This document shows positions 19,961 to 30,026 of a stretch of DNA of 64,000 nucleotides, piece after piece. The DNA comes from Klebsiella phage KP2025: sequence record PP919962.1; one strand, 5' to 3'. Within the stretch, counting starts at the first letter, position 1; the number at the start of each line of letters is the position of its first letter. The notes beneath the pieces are model-generated. The model had not been told where the DNA came from, searched no databases, and saw nothing but the letters and a program-made list of their open reading frames with translations. The position numbers and the translations under genes were made by a program.

Positions 19961-22797
19961 TGGCTACTTATCCTGTCTACCCGGCAACAACGTTTACTCA
20001 AGCCGTCGAGTTGACAATTTTTGCATCTAACCAATTGCATGATGTTATAAATGGAGATGCACTTACAACAGTAGAGACAGAGAATGGAGACGTTCCCACT
20101 CTACGTAAAGCCCTTGTAGATAACTTTTATTTTAAAACACCTATTACTTGGGTAGAAGGAGAGTCTTCTACTGTTTTTAATCAGTTATACTATTTTGATG
20201 GTACTATAGCAACATCTGGTTGGTATTATGCTCCGCAAGCTACAGTAGATAACCCTATAGCTATGGGTAGCACCCCTTTAAATGATGATAACTGGAGATT
20301 ATACCAAACAGCTATTGAATCAATCCCTGCACAAGTATACCCTTGGTCTACAGAGATAACAGAGGCTTTAGAGTCTGTTTCTCCTCCTTATGAATTTGAT
20401 ACTGCAATCGTTGTCTTAAATGGTGTCGTTTTAACACCTATCAGAGATTACACAATCTCTGATAATAAAATTAATTTTACTTCAACTATTACTCCAGAAC
20501 CAGATGCAGAAACTCCTGATATTTTATTCTGCTATATTGGTAAAGTGGAGGAAGGTAATCCAAACCTGAATTATGTAACCTACAATAGTCTACTATCTAC
20601 TGGTGGTGCTAGTCTTATTGGAACATCCCTTGGAAAAACATTGCAGCAATTAATTGATGCTGGTGCAAGTGCAGTTAGTTTAATACAAGGAGGTACAGTA
20701 CAGGACGTATTAACGGAAATCCCTGCTTCAAAATTTGGTGTGACTGGAGACGGTGTTGCCTGTGGTTCTGCATGTGTGGCAGCTATTGAATATATTATGC
20801 AGAATGGTGGAACGCTGGTGTTCCCTAAAGGTGAGGTAAACTGGGGAACTACTCGCCATAAATTTGCTATCTATAATGGTAAGCCTTGTACTATCAAAGG
20901 TTCCGATGGTGGAACTACCTGGACGTTCGATAATGTTGATCCGGTTGCTAATGCCACAGGTGCAGCATGGCCATTTAGTGAACCATTTCTTGTTGAGTTT
21001 GGTGGGCAGCCAACTACACAAGGCGTCTTTGTGGAGCCAATAACTGTAGAAAACCTCACAATAGACTATACTAGGCAGGTTAACAAAGGTGGGCCTACCT
21101 ATGAGACAATGGGGGTAGGAGCACATCCTACACCGTACTCAGATGGCACTCTTGGTCTGCGTTTTAGCTACTGCCGTTCGCCAGTAGTACGAAACGTCAC
21201 AATGAGAGAGATCTACGGGTCAGGCATCCAGTTCTGGAAGTGCTCTATGGCTCTGGCAGAAAACAATTATTTATACAACGTCTCAGCTAACCAACCACTA
21301 GGTTCTAGTGGCAGCGAGTCTGTCGATCACTTCGGTTGGGCTATCTGGTCTGGTGCCAGTCCAAAAACAATTATCCGACGTAACACTGCGATTAATAAGC
21401 GCGTTTTCGTATGCGATCCAGCATTGAAATCCCCTAACAACAACGTGGTATATAACGGTACTCTTTGTGGATATATCGGCATTTTCGCGGAGTATGGGAG
21501 CAATGGTGGTACTTCCACCATCTACCCGCCGGACTTTGAATGGCAGGCAGATGCATCTGCTGATAAGAGAACTTACATTACCCTGGAAGATAACCTCGTA
21601 TGGGGTTACACCATGTCCATTAAGTCTGAGGCAACCACCTCAGCTCGAATCATTAATAATACGTTGCTGAATCACTATATCGGTGTATCTGTTCAGGCAT
21701 CAGCTGATGTTGTAGGTAACTACATCAATGGATTACAGGCTGATTTACAAAAATGCCCACAGAACGGATTTGAATTGCAACGAGGTGGGATTCAACTTTC
21801 TTGGTGGGCATCATCTGTACAAGACCACCGACAGTATGTAGCTCAAAATTATGTTTACTCGGCTGCGTACAACTGCATTTCCATTGGTAAGGCTTACGCC
21901 ACAATCGATGATAACCAGTTTACGATTACTGGGGCAGCACGTTTTATAAACTCGGTGACTTCCTTCAACGTAGACTTGCTGGAGATGAGGGGGAACAAGT
22001 TCCTGATGTCTGAATCTTGCACACAGACAGTCCCCATGCGCGTTACCAATTGTTCGAAGGTGGTGATGGAAGCTAACTTCGTAGAAAATAAAAGCCCCAC
22101 AGTCCGTATGTCAGTGCAGATGGTCAACCCTGTAATACGCAACAATACTTTCAAAGGATGGGTTCAGTTATACCTGGCATCGGCTGGCAGCATAGTGGAA
22201 GAGAATACATCTACTGATACTATCGTAAATAAGGGATTGGTGCTGCAAGTAGCGTCAGCAGACAACTGCATTATCCGCAGAAACCGGATAACCAAATATA
22301 ATGTTGATGATGAAGATCAGATATTCTTCTTGTCCGGTGCCGCAAGAACGGTCATCGAAGATAACATCATAAACTATGATGCAGCGACTGGTGCGGGTAG
22401 AACGAAGAGCATACCTGTCATAAAGACATATGGCACCTGCTTTTACACCAGGATACTCAACAACAGGGTTACTGGAGATAGCAGTGCTACATTCGGATTC
22501 ACTCTTTTTGATGGCTCGTCAGGTGCAAGGGTTTTGGAATGCCGTGGGAATAGCACAGATAATGCAACTCGGCAGATGTTCACAATGTATTCTCAGAGCG
22601 GGCCTTGGTTCGTTTCTGGAAACGATTGGACACAGACATATAGCTCTGAGATAAACACCGCAGCCAATATCTATGCATCTTATAAACCAGCTATAGGTGA
22701 GAAAGTGCCTTATCTTCGTCCTCAAGCGGGGGGTGCTGAGGGGATAGTTTATACTGCATCTGGATGGTTAACATTTGGATCGATAGCTTCAGCATAA
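19960..22797 (+). CDS. tailspike / receptor-binding protein with right-handed beta-helix (possible depolymerase)
   Basis: 945 aa; repeated N/G-rich beta-helix rungs (NNTFKGW, IIRRNRITKYN, IEDNIINYD); ATGA overlap with upstream gene. Confidence 0.45.
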   Translation: MATYPVYPATTFTQAVELTIFASNQLHDVINGDALTTVETENGDVPTLRKALVDNFYFKTPITWVEGESSTVFNQLYYFDGTIATSGWYYAPQATVDNPIAMGSTPLNDDNWRLYQTAIESIPAQVYPWSTEITEALESVSPPYEFDTAIVVLNGVVLTPIRDYTISDNKINFTSTITPEPDAETPDILFCYIGKVEEGNPNLNYVTYNSLLSTGGASLIGTSLGKTLQQLIDAGASAVSLIQGGTVQDVLTEIPASKFGVTGDGVACGSACVAAIEYIMQNGGTLVFPKGEVNWGTTRHKFAIYNGKPCTIKGSDGGTTWTFDNVDPVANATGAAWPFSEPFLVEFGGQPTTQGVFVEPITVENLTIDYTRQVNKGGPTYETMGVGAHPTPYSDGTLGLRFSYCRSPVVRNVTMREIYGSGIQFWKCSMALAENNYLYNVSANQPLGSSGSESVDHFGWAIWSGASPKTIIRRNTAINKRVFVCDPALKSPNNNVVYNGTLCGYIGIFAEYGSNGGTSTIYPPDFEWQADASADKRTYITLEDNLVWGYTMSIKSEATTSARIINNTLLNHYIGVSVQASADVVGNYINGLQADLQKCPQNGFELQRGGIQLSWWASSVQDHRQYVAQNYVYSAAYNCISIGKAYATIDDNQFTITGAARFINSVTSFNVDLLEMRGNKFLMSESCTQTVPMRVTNCSKVVMEANFVENKSPTVRMSVQMVNPVIRNNTFKGWVQLYLASAGSIVEENTSTDTIVNKGLVLQVASADNCIIRRNRITKYNVDDEDQIFFLSGAARTVIEDNIINYDAATGAGRTKSIPVIKTYGTCFYTRILNNRVTGDSSATFGFTLFDGSSGARVLECRGNSTDNATRQMFTMYSQSGPWFVSGNDWTQTYSSEINTAANIYASYKPAIGEKVPYLRPQAGGAEGIVYTASGWLTFGSIASA

Positions 22798-22867
22798 ATC
22801 GTACTAACTATGATCTACATCCCCGCTTCGACGGGGAATTTTAAAACTACAACATGAGGATTAACCC

Positions 22868-23938
22868 ATGAATAAGATGTTTACACAGCCTACAGGGCCA
22901 GTGGCTAAACAAACTAACAAGCAGGCTATTGCTCGGACAATTGGAGTAAAGCAGTCAGATGTAGCATACATCAACACGGACACTCCGGTCGATGGTTATG
23001 AAATATTGTTTGACCCACAAACACAAATTACGTGGGTAAGGGGTACTGCAAAGGGCACCCCTTTAAGTTGGGAAGTAGTGTCGGGTGAGCTACATTTAAC
23101 CACAACAATGGGAACATATGTACTCAATCGGGCACGCACTGTAACTTTATCTACTACGACAGATGTATTGACTTCATTTGTACCTGCCTCTGTTATTAAA
23201 ACAGATGGATTTTATACACCTAATGATGGTGGGGAAGGTACATGGGTAGCCACTGGAAATACTGACGCCTCAAAAGCCGGAACTCACGTCATCACTAAAG
23301 CGAAAGTCTATAACGCCAAGGGTGTCGAATATCAGCTTCAGGTCGGTGTTGGGATGGGCGTCATAAGCCCTAAAGCCAACGGCGCGAAAGAAGTCGCAAA
23401 CTATGCTGAAGCACAATCTGATACTGATAATTTCGTATGTCTGGGACAGGCAATTAATGGCATTATCAACGCCCTCCCCCTGTGGATGCAGCCGGGCAAC
23501 AACATCAATGACCAGAGCACTTACTCTGTAATTACCTTCAATATTTCATCTGGTATTTGGCGTATCGGGAAAGAAGCTGCGAAGTTGCGCTCGAACGTCA
23601 TCTACAATCTCGGTGCGTCCACCATTTATGTGAAGGCCAGCGCCTCTCGTAAATTCCAGGTTACTGGTGAGTACCTTAACGGCTTCGAGCACTCTGTAGA
23701 AGACGTGGAAGAAGTGTACACAGCACTCGGAAACAAACTCTACTGGGAGTCAGTTAGTCTCGGTTTCGTTACGTTCACTGGTGGTAAAATCATCGGAGAC
23801 CATGTTCCCGGTACGCTGGATGCTGATTGTACTGCTGGCGTAGGTATCCTGGCACTTAACCCGTGGTACTGCTCTTTCGAAGACAGCCGCGTAGAGAATT
23901 TTCCGTGTCAACCTTGTAGGGATGCAGGTTCGCATTGA
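22868..23938 (+). CDS. tail fibre/spike protein (N-terminal part or separate anchor protein)
   Basis: 356 aa; 17-nt overlap with next fibre ORF. Confidence 0.35.
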   Translation: MNKMFTQPTGPVAKQTNKQAIARTIGVKQSDVAYINTDTPVDGYEILFDPQTQITWVRGTAKGTPLSWEVVSGELHLTTTMGTYVLNRARTVTLSTTTDVLTSFVPASVIKTDGFYTPNDGGEGTWVATGNTDASKAGTHVITKAKVYNAKGVEYQLQVGVGMGVISPKANGAKEVANYAEAQSDTDNFVCLGQAINGIINALPLWMQPGNNINDQSTYSVITFNISSGIWRIGKEAAKLRSNVIYNLGASTIYVKASASRKFQVTGEYLNGFEHSVEDVEEVYTALGNKLYWESVSLGFVTFTGGKIIGDHVPGTLDADCTAGVGILALNPWYCSFEDSRVENFPCQPCRDAGSH

Positions 23939-26381
23939 TGAGGATGGTGTGATGTCCAGCGACATTATCCCCTACAAGTCCAGTTTGCTGCCAGAGAAGA
24001 TTGGGAACTTCTATGGCTGCGTCTTCAAAAACTTGTACGTCAGCACAGCACGATATTGCTGTGTGCGACTGCATATTGACTGGTGTCAGTGGATTGGCGG
24101 GACTATTTCCAACAACGGCAGATGGACAAGCTCCGTCAGTGGACAGCAGTGTGATTATTATTTAATCGAAACTGGTCACGGATTCCATTGCTCCGGTGCA
24201 TATCTCAGCATCCCGGCGTACAACCCGACCGAACGTAAACCTAACAAGTCCGTTATCGCTACCGCTGCTCGTGGCTCCGTCTACTCCGCGTGCTACATGG
24301 AAGACACCCCTTCCTATGTCACCATCCTTAACAAGTGGTGGAACGATGGGAACGAGAAGGGCTTCGGCTTAAACATCGATTGTATTGGTTCGCAGTACCG
24401 TCCTGATAGAACCTATAAGTACTTGACTTTCGAGGAAGGTGCTTTTGGTTACTACGACGAAAACGAAAACTGGGTGCCGCCAGCCGGATACGGTTCATAC
24501 CCATCGACAAACGGTATTGACTTCGTTCGCTTCGGCAGCCCTACACACGATACTGGGGCATTTCCACACGGCGGGTTTGACTTCAAGTATGGTACTTATG
24601 GTGTGATGTACAGCACCAATACCACTTACACAGAACCACCAGATGTGGATAGTATGCGCGGTCACAAAACCACCAAGGAGATGTTCTCTCCGTATGGGCT
24701 GATGGCAGCGAATGGCATCCTGCAACTGCCGGTTTTGTCTCCTGCAATGCACAGCAATATCTGTATCTGGTACAAAGACCTGACCGGAAGCTTTGACCTG
24801 TCCAACATCGCTATCTGGACTAATGCCAACATTGACCAGAATTCCGCAGATGCCGGGTACAACCAGAACCTTTTCTTTGCCCGTGCGGAAATGGCTATTG
24901 ATTATGGTAATGGCTATAAAATGGCGATTATCCAGAACCTTAAGTGGAACAACAATGATGGTGTTGGTACAGCAGGAAGCCAGCAGTCATTGCAGTTTAC
25001 TATCCCCGACACCACTCCGATTATTCTCAAGGCTGTCCAGGCGTTCACTGGTGGTATTCCGGTATTCCCTGTCGGGCTGGATTATCGTCCTGAGACGTCA
25101 GATTTATGTGTGTGGGGTCACGTCAATCCGAGTAACGGGTTTAAGTACAATCTGTTTAAAAAGGTTGGCGGCGGTATCTTCATGCCAGAGGATGTCATTT
25201 ACCCTTGGACGGCACACCAGCGGGCGAACACTGATTATAAGTTTGCGACCACTGTTTACGAGGATTATGGCTTTACGAATCTGCCGTTAATCATCAAAGG
25301 CGGGAATAGCATCGGTGCCTTCTTCGCTAAAGAGTTCACTGTATCAATTGTTGCAGTCGATTCCACTAATGGCCGGACAACCGTAGACGTACCCGCTGCG
25401 TATAAGCCATACGTTTTCATGGGGGTTCCTCTTAAAATTACCGGAGGGTCTTCTACCGGGTATACAGGGGAAGTGCGCATTCATAAGCGTAACCTGAAAA
25501 CTGATGGAACTCTTAGTGGGCAATATGTTCTCGATGCCGTTGTTGGTACTGTTGGGGATACTCTGAATATCAACCAGCGAACGCTTACAGCGCGTACTTA
25601 TCGCCGTGACTACACCGCAGACGCCTTGACCGCAAACGGCAGCTTTACCCTGCGTGGGACTACAATGCGCTTCGGGTATAACGCAGGGTCGACAGGCACA
25701 CGAGCGGTTGAGTTTTATGTCGGTGGGGCAACTACTAAATCTGCTGATATAACCGCATACGGAACCTCAATCGGTCTTAATGCTAGTTCCCTTGTCTTTG
25801 GCGGTAACATCGGTTTCAGTGCAACAAACACCTGGGACATAGGTTCATCTGGTAACACTGTTAAAAACATCTACACCCAGAATGCGGTAACTGTCGTTTC
25901 AGACCGCGACCATAAGCCTGTACAGGAAGGGATACCCGATAACATCCTTGATATATGGGGAACAATCGGTATCAAGCGATTTAAGTACGACTGGGCTATC
26001 GCGGAGAAAGGCGAAGATGCTGCTCGCTGGCACGTAGGCTACATTGCTCAGGATATCATTGAAGCATTCGAAGCTGCTGGCGAAGATGCTACCAAATGGG
26101 CGTTGGTTGTACGTAATGAATGGCCTGCTGAGGATGAGGTAGTTGAGGCATGGGATGATGAGTACGAAACCATTCCAGCGCAGTACGACGCGCAAGGTCA
26201 GAAGATATCTGAGGAAACTCAGGTGCTGGTACGACAAGCAGGATCCCGCGTTGTAAAAGAAGCTATTCCAGCAGGAGGCGAGTGGCGACTTGTTATGGAT
26301 GAGTGTAATGCTATGGAGGCTGCGTATCAACGCAGACGTCTGGACAGGATTGAAGCCGCTATCACAGACGGGAAGGGATAA
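23922..26381 (+). CDS. tail fibre/spike with C-terminal intramolecular chaperone (peptidase S74-like) domain
   Basis: 819 aa; C-terminus DIWGTIGIKRFKYDW...ARWHVGYIAQDIIEAF matches the self-cleaving chaperone of endosialidase/L-shaped tail fibres. Confidence 0.55.
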   Translation: MQVRIDEDGVMSSDIIPYKSSLLPEKIGNFYGCVFKNLYVSTARYCCVRLHIDWCQWIGGTISNNGRWTSSVSGQQCDYYLIETGHGFHCSGAYLSIPAYNPTERKPNKSVIATAARGSVYSACYMEDTPSYVTILNKWWNDGNEKGFGLNIDCIGSQYRPDRTYKYLTFEEGAFGYYDENENWVPPAGYGSYPSTNGIDFVRFGSPTHDTGAFPHGGFDFKYGTYGVMYSTNTTYTEPPDVDSMRGHKTTKEMFSPYGLMAANGILQLPVLSPAMHSNICIWYKDLTGSFDLSNIAIWTNANIDQNSADAGYNQNLFFARAEMAIDYGNGYKMAIIQNLKWNNNDGVGTAGSQQSLQFTIPDTTPIILKAVQAFTGGIPVFPVGLDYRPETSDLCVWGHVNPSNGFKYNLFKKVGGGIFMPEDVIYPWTAHQRANTDYKFATTVYEDYGFTNLPLIIKGGNSIGAFFAKEFTVSIVAVDSTNGRTTVDVPAAYKPYVFMGVPLKITGGSSTGYTGEVRIHKRNLKTDGTLSGQYVLDAVVGTVGDTLNINQRTLTARTYRRDYTADALTANGSFTLRGTTMRFGYNAGSTGTRAVEFYVGGATTKSADITAYGTSIGLNASSLVFGGNIGFSATNTWDIGSSGNTVKNIYTQNAVTVVSDRDHKPVQEGIPDNILDIWGTIGIKRFKYDWAIAEKGEDAARWHVGYIAQDIIEAFEAAGEDATKWALVVRNEWPAEDEVVEAWDDEYETIPAQYDAQGQKISEETQVLVRQAGSRVVKEAIPAGGEWRLVMDECNAMEAAYQRRRLDRIEAAITDGKG

Positions 26382-26383
26382 GA

Positions 26384-26410
26384 AAAAAGGGCCGAAAGGC
26401 CCTTTTATTA
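26384..26410. terminator. bidirectional rho-independent terminator between convergent + and - gene blocks
   Basis: aaaaaagggccgaaaggcccttttatt: GAAA-loop hairpin flanked by A-run and T-run. Confidence 0.6.
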
Positions 26411-26474
26411 CTTCTAAAATCTTTTGCACTTTTGTCTTCAATGCTCCCGTTTGCCCCGCACTAGGGAGTTTTCA

Positions 26475-27353
26475 TCAGAACGGAATATCGTCGTCAAAAT
26501 CTACAGTAGGCTCTGGAGACGGAGCTGGATTAGATTCTTTAGGTTTACGTGTAGTTTTAGGCTTTTCTACTTCAGGGGGAACAGATCCACCACTACGAAT
26601 AGCTGAAGCTACTTTATCAGACAGAAGTAGAACTTCACGAGCTGCTTCAATTAGCTCATCAACAGTCACATCACTCCGAGAATGATCTCGGCAAGCATTG
26701 AGAATTGCATGTCCTACAGAAGCACCTAGATCGTAGTCAGAAACATCCACTCCACGTTCTTTAGCTACTTCTGCCTTTAGGGTTACAGTAGCTGATTGCA
26801 CAACTCCTGCAAGTTCAAAAGCATCTCCTTTAACACCACCACGGATAAGCTCCAGAGCGCCATTTACAGCGTGTCCTGTTTCAATACCTACCGTATCACG
26901 TTTCTTGAAGGAAGGTTTAGCAGGAGCGCTCTCAGAGCCTTTGCTGGCCTTAGGAGTGGCCGTTTTCACACCTTCAGTAGAAATAACCGTGATTCGGGAT
27001 TTCTTAGTATTGTAGTAAGTTTTATCACCACGTTGATCAACTTTATCAATATCAATACTAACTTCGACACCTTTTTCAATAGTAACCCAATCGTCACCAT
27101 TCTTCACACGAAGATCATCAAAACCTTCTTTAATTTCAATATCACCGAGACCAATCCAGACACCTTTGTCTTCTGGTTTAGCGTCTTTTGCTTTGATTGC
27201 TAAAGATGCTCTATGGGTAGAAACAATCGCTTTACCATCCCAATGGAATGTTTTTGGTTCATCAAACTTATCCAGTTTAACAAAATCTACAATACCTGTT
27301 GCATAGGTTACAGTTTTTCCTTTACGATCAGTTTCAGTTTTAATTACGGACAT
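26475..27353 (-). CDS. ssb: single-stranded DNA-binding protein with E. coli-type acidic C-terminal tail
   Basis: 292 aa ending DFDDDIPF (SSB client-binding tip); N-terminal OB-like region; first gene of - strand replication block. Confidence 0.5.
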   Translation of the reverse strand: MSVIKTETDRKGKTVTYATGIVDFVKLDKFDEPKTFHWDGKAIVSTHRASLAIKAKDAKPEDKGVWIGLGDIEIKEGFDDLRVKNGDDWVTIEKGVEVSIDIDKVDQRGDKTYYNTKKSRITVISTEGVKTATPKASKGSESAPAKPSFKKRDTVGIETGHAVNGALELIRGGVKGDAFELAGVVQSATVTLKAEVAKERGVDVSDYDLGASVGHAILNACRDHSRSDVTVDELIEAAREVLLLSDKVASAIRSGGSVPPEVEKPKTTRKPKESNPAPSPEPTVDFDDDIPF

Positions 27354-27368
27354 AAATTCTCCTCTTCA

Positions 27369-27767
27369 TTACATTACTTTAACGCAAAACTCTCGTAAAA
27401 GAGTTACGTCTGTTTCATCAATTAAATATTTTTTATTGCCGATCCCAAATCCAATTTCACCTTTTGAAGAATGAAGCATTGTTATTCTACTCTTACCTAG
27501 AGTAAGAAGTTTAGCTTTATTTTCAGTGTCTATTGTTTCTCGGATACTATCTTGGAGCAATTGAAATTCTTTCTTAGTCATGTCTGTGGTATAAATTTCT
27601 CCACCATCAATTCTAGTAGTAACTCTTATAAAACCACCTAACAAAACTAATACTTGAATGTAAAAAGAATTATCTTGGGGTTGAACATCCTTTTCTGTTA
27701 ATGTAAGAGAGTTAATCTCTCTGCTATATGATGTTTCAACAAGTATTTTACTTTTTGTATTCGCCAT
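27369..27767 (-). CDS. hypothetical protein
   Basis: 132-aa ORF, SD present. Confidence 0.3.
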   Translation of the reverse strand: MANTKSKILVETSYSREINSLTLTEKDVQPQDNSFYIQVLVLLGGFIRVTTRIDGGEIYTTDMTKKEFQLLQDSIRETIDTENKAKLLTLGKSRITMLHSSKGEIGFGIGNKKYLIDETDVTLLREFCVKVM

Positions 27768-27818
27768 TCAAGTCCTCATAGTAACACAAAATAACGGGGT
27801 TTGTCAACCCCTTATTCA

Positions 27819-28535
27819 TTATAAATCATCCCAAGCATTATCCAAAGTTTTCTTAGGTTCTCCATCTATCCCGGCAATCTTGCCGTGAGAGGTTGTGCGT
27901 AGTATCCGCGTACCGGTAGACATATTAGGGAGCAACTCTGCTTCATTATAAGTATCCTCAGGAGGAACAGCAAAAGGAACATCTCCTTCTGGTATTTCCA
28001 CTTTCTTAAAGAACATAAACTGCGGGAAGCGTTTTGCCATTTTACGAACATGTGCTTCTTTCCCAGTATACTTTTCATGAACAAGACAAATACGAGTTTT
28101 AACACAAAACTCAAATTCTTCCATATAATGACACTGCTCACCGTCGAACCACGCACGGCAGATAGCTACGTCAAAGTCTTTAATAATCTCTTCACGTACA
28201 CCTTTCTCCATCACCATAAGATTGACAGGTACACCGTTATATTCTCCAATAAACACCCATTTAAGGTTGGGTAATTCGGCATATGTGGACTCTTTAACTT
28301 TATCAATTTTACCTAAATGTGTAATACCTACCATACGTGCTAAGTCTGAAACTAGTGCCACGGTATTGTGATTAGGTAGACGCATGTACACATCCAAATC
28401 CTTAGCTGTCTTATCAAAATACCAATCACGAGGAGCACCACCTGCAATCATTGCAAATGGATCGACCATGCGTAGTTTGGAGAGAAGCTCGGTAGCTTCA
28501 CGTTTTTGATCTGCAACATCCATAATAAATCCCAT
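27819..28535 (-). CDS. Pol-beta superfamily nucleotidyltransferase (CCA-adding / poly(A) polymerase-like head domain)
   Basis: motif IAGGAPRDWYFDKTAKDLDVY = GGxxRD followed by DxD, signature of class II tRNA nucleotidyltransferase/PAP head domain; 238 aa minimal protein. Confidence 0.45.
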   Translation of the reverse strand: MGFIMDVADQKREATELLSKLRMVDPFAMIAGGAPRDWYFDKTAKDLDVYMRLPNHNTVALVSDLARMVGITHLGKIDKVKESTYAELPNLKWVFIGEYNGVPVNLMVMEKGVREEIIKDFDVAICRAWFDGEQCHYMEEFEFCVKTRICLVHEKYTGKEAHVRKMAKRFPQFMFFKKVEIPEGDVPFAVPPEDTYNEAELLPNMSTGTRILRTTSHGKIAGIDGEPKKTLDNAWDDL

Positions 28536-28547
28536 TATTTTCTCCTC

Positions 28548-29138
28548 TTAGTGTGTCCAAGGTTTTCGGTCGATAACATGCTGGAGCATACTCAACCCCA
28601 TAGTTTTCAGATGCGGAACCACTCTTTCTGATTCAGTGTTAAAGAACTCTTGCAGTTTTAACATCTTGGCTCGTAGCCAACAGATATGTGCGTCGAGTTC
28701 TGTTTCAAAACGTCCAAGTGTAATATTTTTTCGTCCTTCGCCTTGGATAACTGCTTTATATTTTTTACGATCTTTCTCGTAAGAACATCCGGCTAATTTA
28801 CCTTGTTTCTTTTGGTAGGACAAAAACTTGTTCAGTTCGGGGGAAATCATCAGACAAGTGGAGGGAGAATATACTCTACCACCGATGATATCTTTGTCAA
28901 GTTCTAAGTTCTCCCAATTGTCCCAGGTTTGTAACCAAGCATAGAAGTTGGAAAATGTCTTCCATTCTTCGCAAACTTCTACATCCTCGTAGCAAGGATC
29001 ACGAGCAAGTTGATAAGGGGCGTAACATCGCCCCAACATAACCATCCACTTAATGTAGTGAGGAGTCATTTGTTTGCTGTTCGGGAGAGTACACTCACCT
29101 TTCAAGTCGTTAATGCCCTCACCATAAACTTTTCGCAT
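28548..29138 (-). CDS. free-standing AP2-domain DNA-binding protein, probable homing endonuclease
   Basis: C-terminal KKYKAVIQGEGRKNITLGRFETELDAHICWLRAKMLKL resembles the AP2 domain fused to phage HNH/homing endonucleases; sits immediately downstream of intron-containing pol gene. Confidence 0.35.
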   Translation of the reverse strand: MRKVYGEGINDLKGECTLPNSKQMTPHYIKWMVMLGRCYAPYQLARDPCYEDVEVCEEWKTFSNFYAWLQTWDNWENLELDKDIIGGRVYSPSTCLMISPELNKFLSYQKKQGKLAGCSYEKDRKKYKAVIQGEGRKNITLGRFETELDAHICWLRAKMLKLQEFFNTESERVVPHLKTMGLSMLQHVIDRKPWTH

Positions 29139-29165
29139 AAAAACTCCTTTAAAATCAATAAGATG

Positions 29166-29972
29166 TCAATGACAGCTAGCCCAAGAGTTGCCAACATCGT
29201 AACCTGCGGTTAATTCAACGTTCAAATTATAGAATTCCCCAGCTTTCTTAACAGCGAGTGATGCTAATTCTCCAGGACGACTATAAGCGGTAAACCAGCC
29301 TCCTTTAGGAGATTCATGAACGTTCGCCCAAATTTTTCCTGTTCGCGCCTCTTCTTCTTCTTTCCATGCGTTAACTTTAGCCACACACTCTTTGTCTATT
29401 TTTTCCTGTTCTTTTTCATCATGCACTTGAGTCCACCCAAGGGATTCTTTAGAGAACCATTTAAACTCAACAAGATCGCGAGTGACTTCCAGTTGGGCTT
29501 CATCATGATAAGCAATCATTTGTTGCACGAATGATTTATTTTTCCAGTCATCAACGAAGAAGTCAACAGCTAAACCTTCTTCTTCAATAAGGTCATCGTA
29601 AATCACCATTGCACGTTTAGCGCAAATAACCCCGCCGCTTTGAAATAGTGAATTCAGGATAGCATGTGGTGAACGAGTTGGAACTTTACGCCCATCAATA
29701 CCCAGAATGTATTTCTTACCTGTCTTCACCCAAAAATCATGCAGACGTTCTTTCAACAATGCCAGAGGTTTAGCAGCTTCCCAAAATGCATCATAAACCA
29801 TTTGTCCAGTATACATATCGCTACCAATTGTCTTGGCAACTTTAGGAGCTTGAGCACCATATGTGATACCATACTTGACATTCTTAGCAGGCCCACGGTC
29901 AAACTTACGTCCAATTACGTCGCTAATACGCTTAGCCATCATAGAGTGAACATCGTGCGGCTTCTCTAGCAA
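29166..29972 (-). CDS. DNA polymerase family A, C-terminal part (exon 2; real exon 2 inferred to begin at about 30026; ORF-track start is a TTG)
   Basis: motif B GRKFDRGPAKNVKYGITYG (RxxxKxxxYGxxYG) and motif C MIAYHDEAQLEV (HDE); in-frame extension upstream of 29972 to 30068 continues the Pol A O-helix-proximal sequence. Confidence 0.7.
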   Translation of the reverse strand: MLEKPHDVHSMMAKRISDVIGRKFDRGPAKNVKYGITYGAQAPKVAKTIGSDMYTGQMVYDAFWEAAKPLALLKERLHDFWVKTGKKYILGIDGRKVPTRSPHAILNSLFQSGGVICAKRAMVIYDDLIEEEGLAVDFFVDDWKNKSFVQQMIAYHDEAQLEVTRDLVEFKWFSKESLGWTQVHDEKEQEKIDKECVAKVNAWKEEEEARTGKIWANVHESPKGGWFTAYSRPGELASLAVKKAGEFYNLNVELTAGYDVGNSWASCH

Positions 29973-30026
29973 GAGAGCGTTGCAATACTCGTGTGGTTCA
30001 GCCTCATAACGCCAGCAGTAATGGCT

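Noticed and set aside
26290-26685. 131-aa + strand ORF spanning the convergent terminator
   Set aside because: Runs through the bidirectional terminator and antisense to the ssb gene; implausible.
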